25,034 nucleotides of DNA, from positions 1 to 25,034 of the forward strand of contig JBBIUY010000039.1 in NCBI GenBank assembly GCA_037440005.1, given 5' to 3'. The DNA is from Armatimonadota bacterium. Lineage in GTDB: Bacteria > Sysuimicrobiota > Sysuimicrobiia > Sysuimicrobiales > Kaftiobacteriaceae. The position numbers were made by a program, and so were the translations under genes. The first letter of the stretch is position 1, and each line of letters begins with the position of its first letter. Shown piece after piece: positions 24,970-25,034 of the stretch. Under the pieces are notes generated by a model. The model was not told the origin of the DNA, did no database searches, and saw only the letters and a list, made by a program, of their open reading frames with translations.

Positions 24970-24998
24970 TTGCTAACAGGTGTTGTCACCGTTAGCAA
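24970..24998. repeat. Inverted repeat TTGCTAAC-N13-GTTAGCAA upstream of the DinB gene
   Basis: Read directly; there is also an inner GGTG-TTGT-CACC stem. Confidence 0.8.
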
Positions 24999-25011
24999 AC
25001 CGGCGGAATTT

Positions 25012-25024
25012 GGGGTCAGACCCC
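25012..25024. repeat. GGGGTC-A-GACCCC palindrome (REP-like)
   Basis: Read directly at the window end; a following GGGG may start a second copy. Confidence 0.6.
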
Positions 25025-25034
25025 TAATGTGGGG

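Noticed and set aside
24970..24998. attC site or CIRCE element
   Set aside because: At 29 bp it is well below attC length and lacks L boxes; it does not match TTAGCACTC-N9-GAGTGCTAA.
1..25034. CRISPR array, tRNA/rRNA, intact transposase or prophage genes
   Set aside because: I found no regularly spaced repeats or recognisable RNA-gene or mobile-element motifs by eye; nearly all sequence is explained by CDSs.

Overview
High-GC (~70-75%) bacterial DNA in four blocks. (1) 1-5134 is a mosaic, partly decaying and lower-GC region. It holds a 5'-truncated TPR-LuxR regulator, what looks like a fossil 3' end of an integron-type tyrosine recombinase, a PLP-dependent decarboxylase broken by four frameshifts, an unknown secreted protein, two cupins plus a degenerate cupin fragment, and a DUF4242-like protein. 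A 47-bp promoter-like motif occurs twice. (2) 5131-21040 is an intact ~16-kb catabolic-type cluster: a divergent SDR, a GntR/FadR regulator, two Mer-like luciferase-like oxidoreductases, a TctCBA tripartite transporter, an enolase-superfamily enzyme with Tyr in place of a catalytic Lys, two opine dehydrogenases, an M24 hydrolase and a complete LIV-type ABC transporter. I cannot match this combination to a characterised pathway; it is the best candidate for an undescribed system, possibly uptake and breakdown of an opine-like N-carboxyalkyl amino acid. (3) 21133-21880 is a Phd/YefM-VapC toxin-antitoxin pair with a visible promoter and operator. (4) 21963-24889 (minus strand) holds a DinB protein, a class-V PLP enzyme and two VOC/PhnB-like genes. 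I recognised no rRNA, tRNA, CRISPR array or intact mobile element. Frameshifts occur only near the two window ends and may be sequencing errors. All family assignments come from motif recognition by eye, not from database searches.
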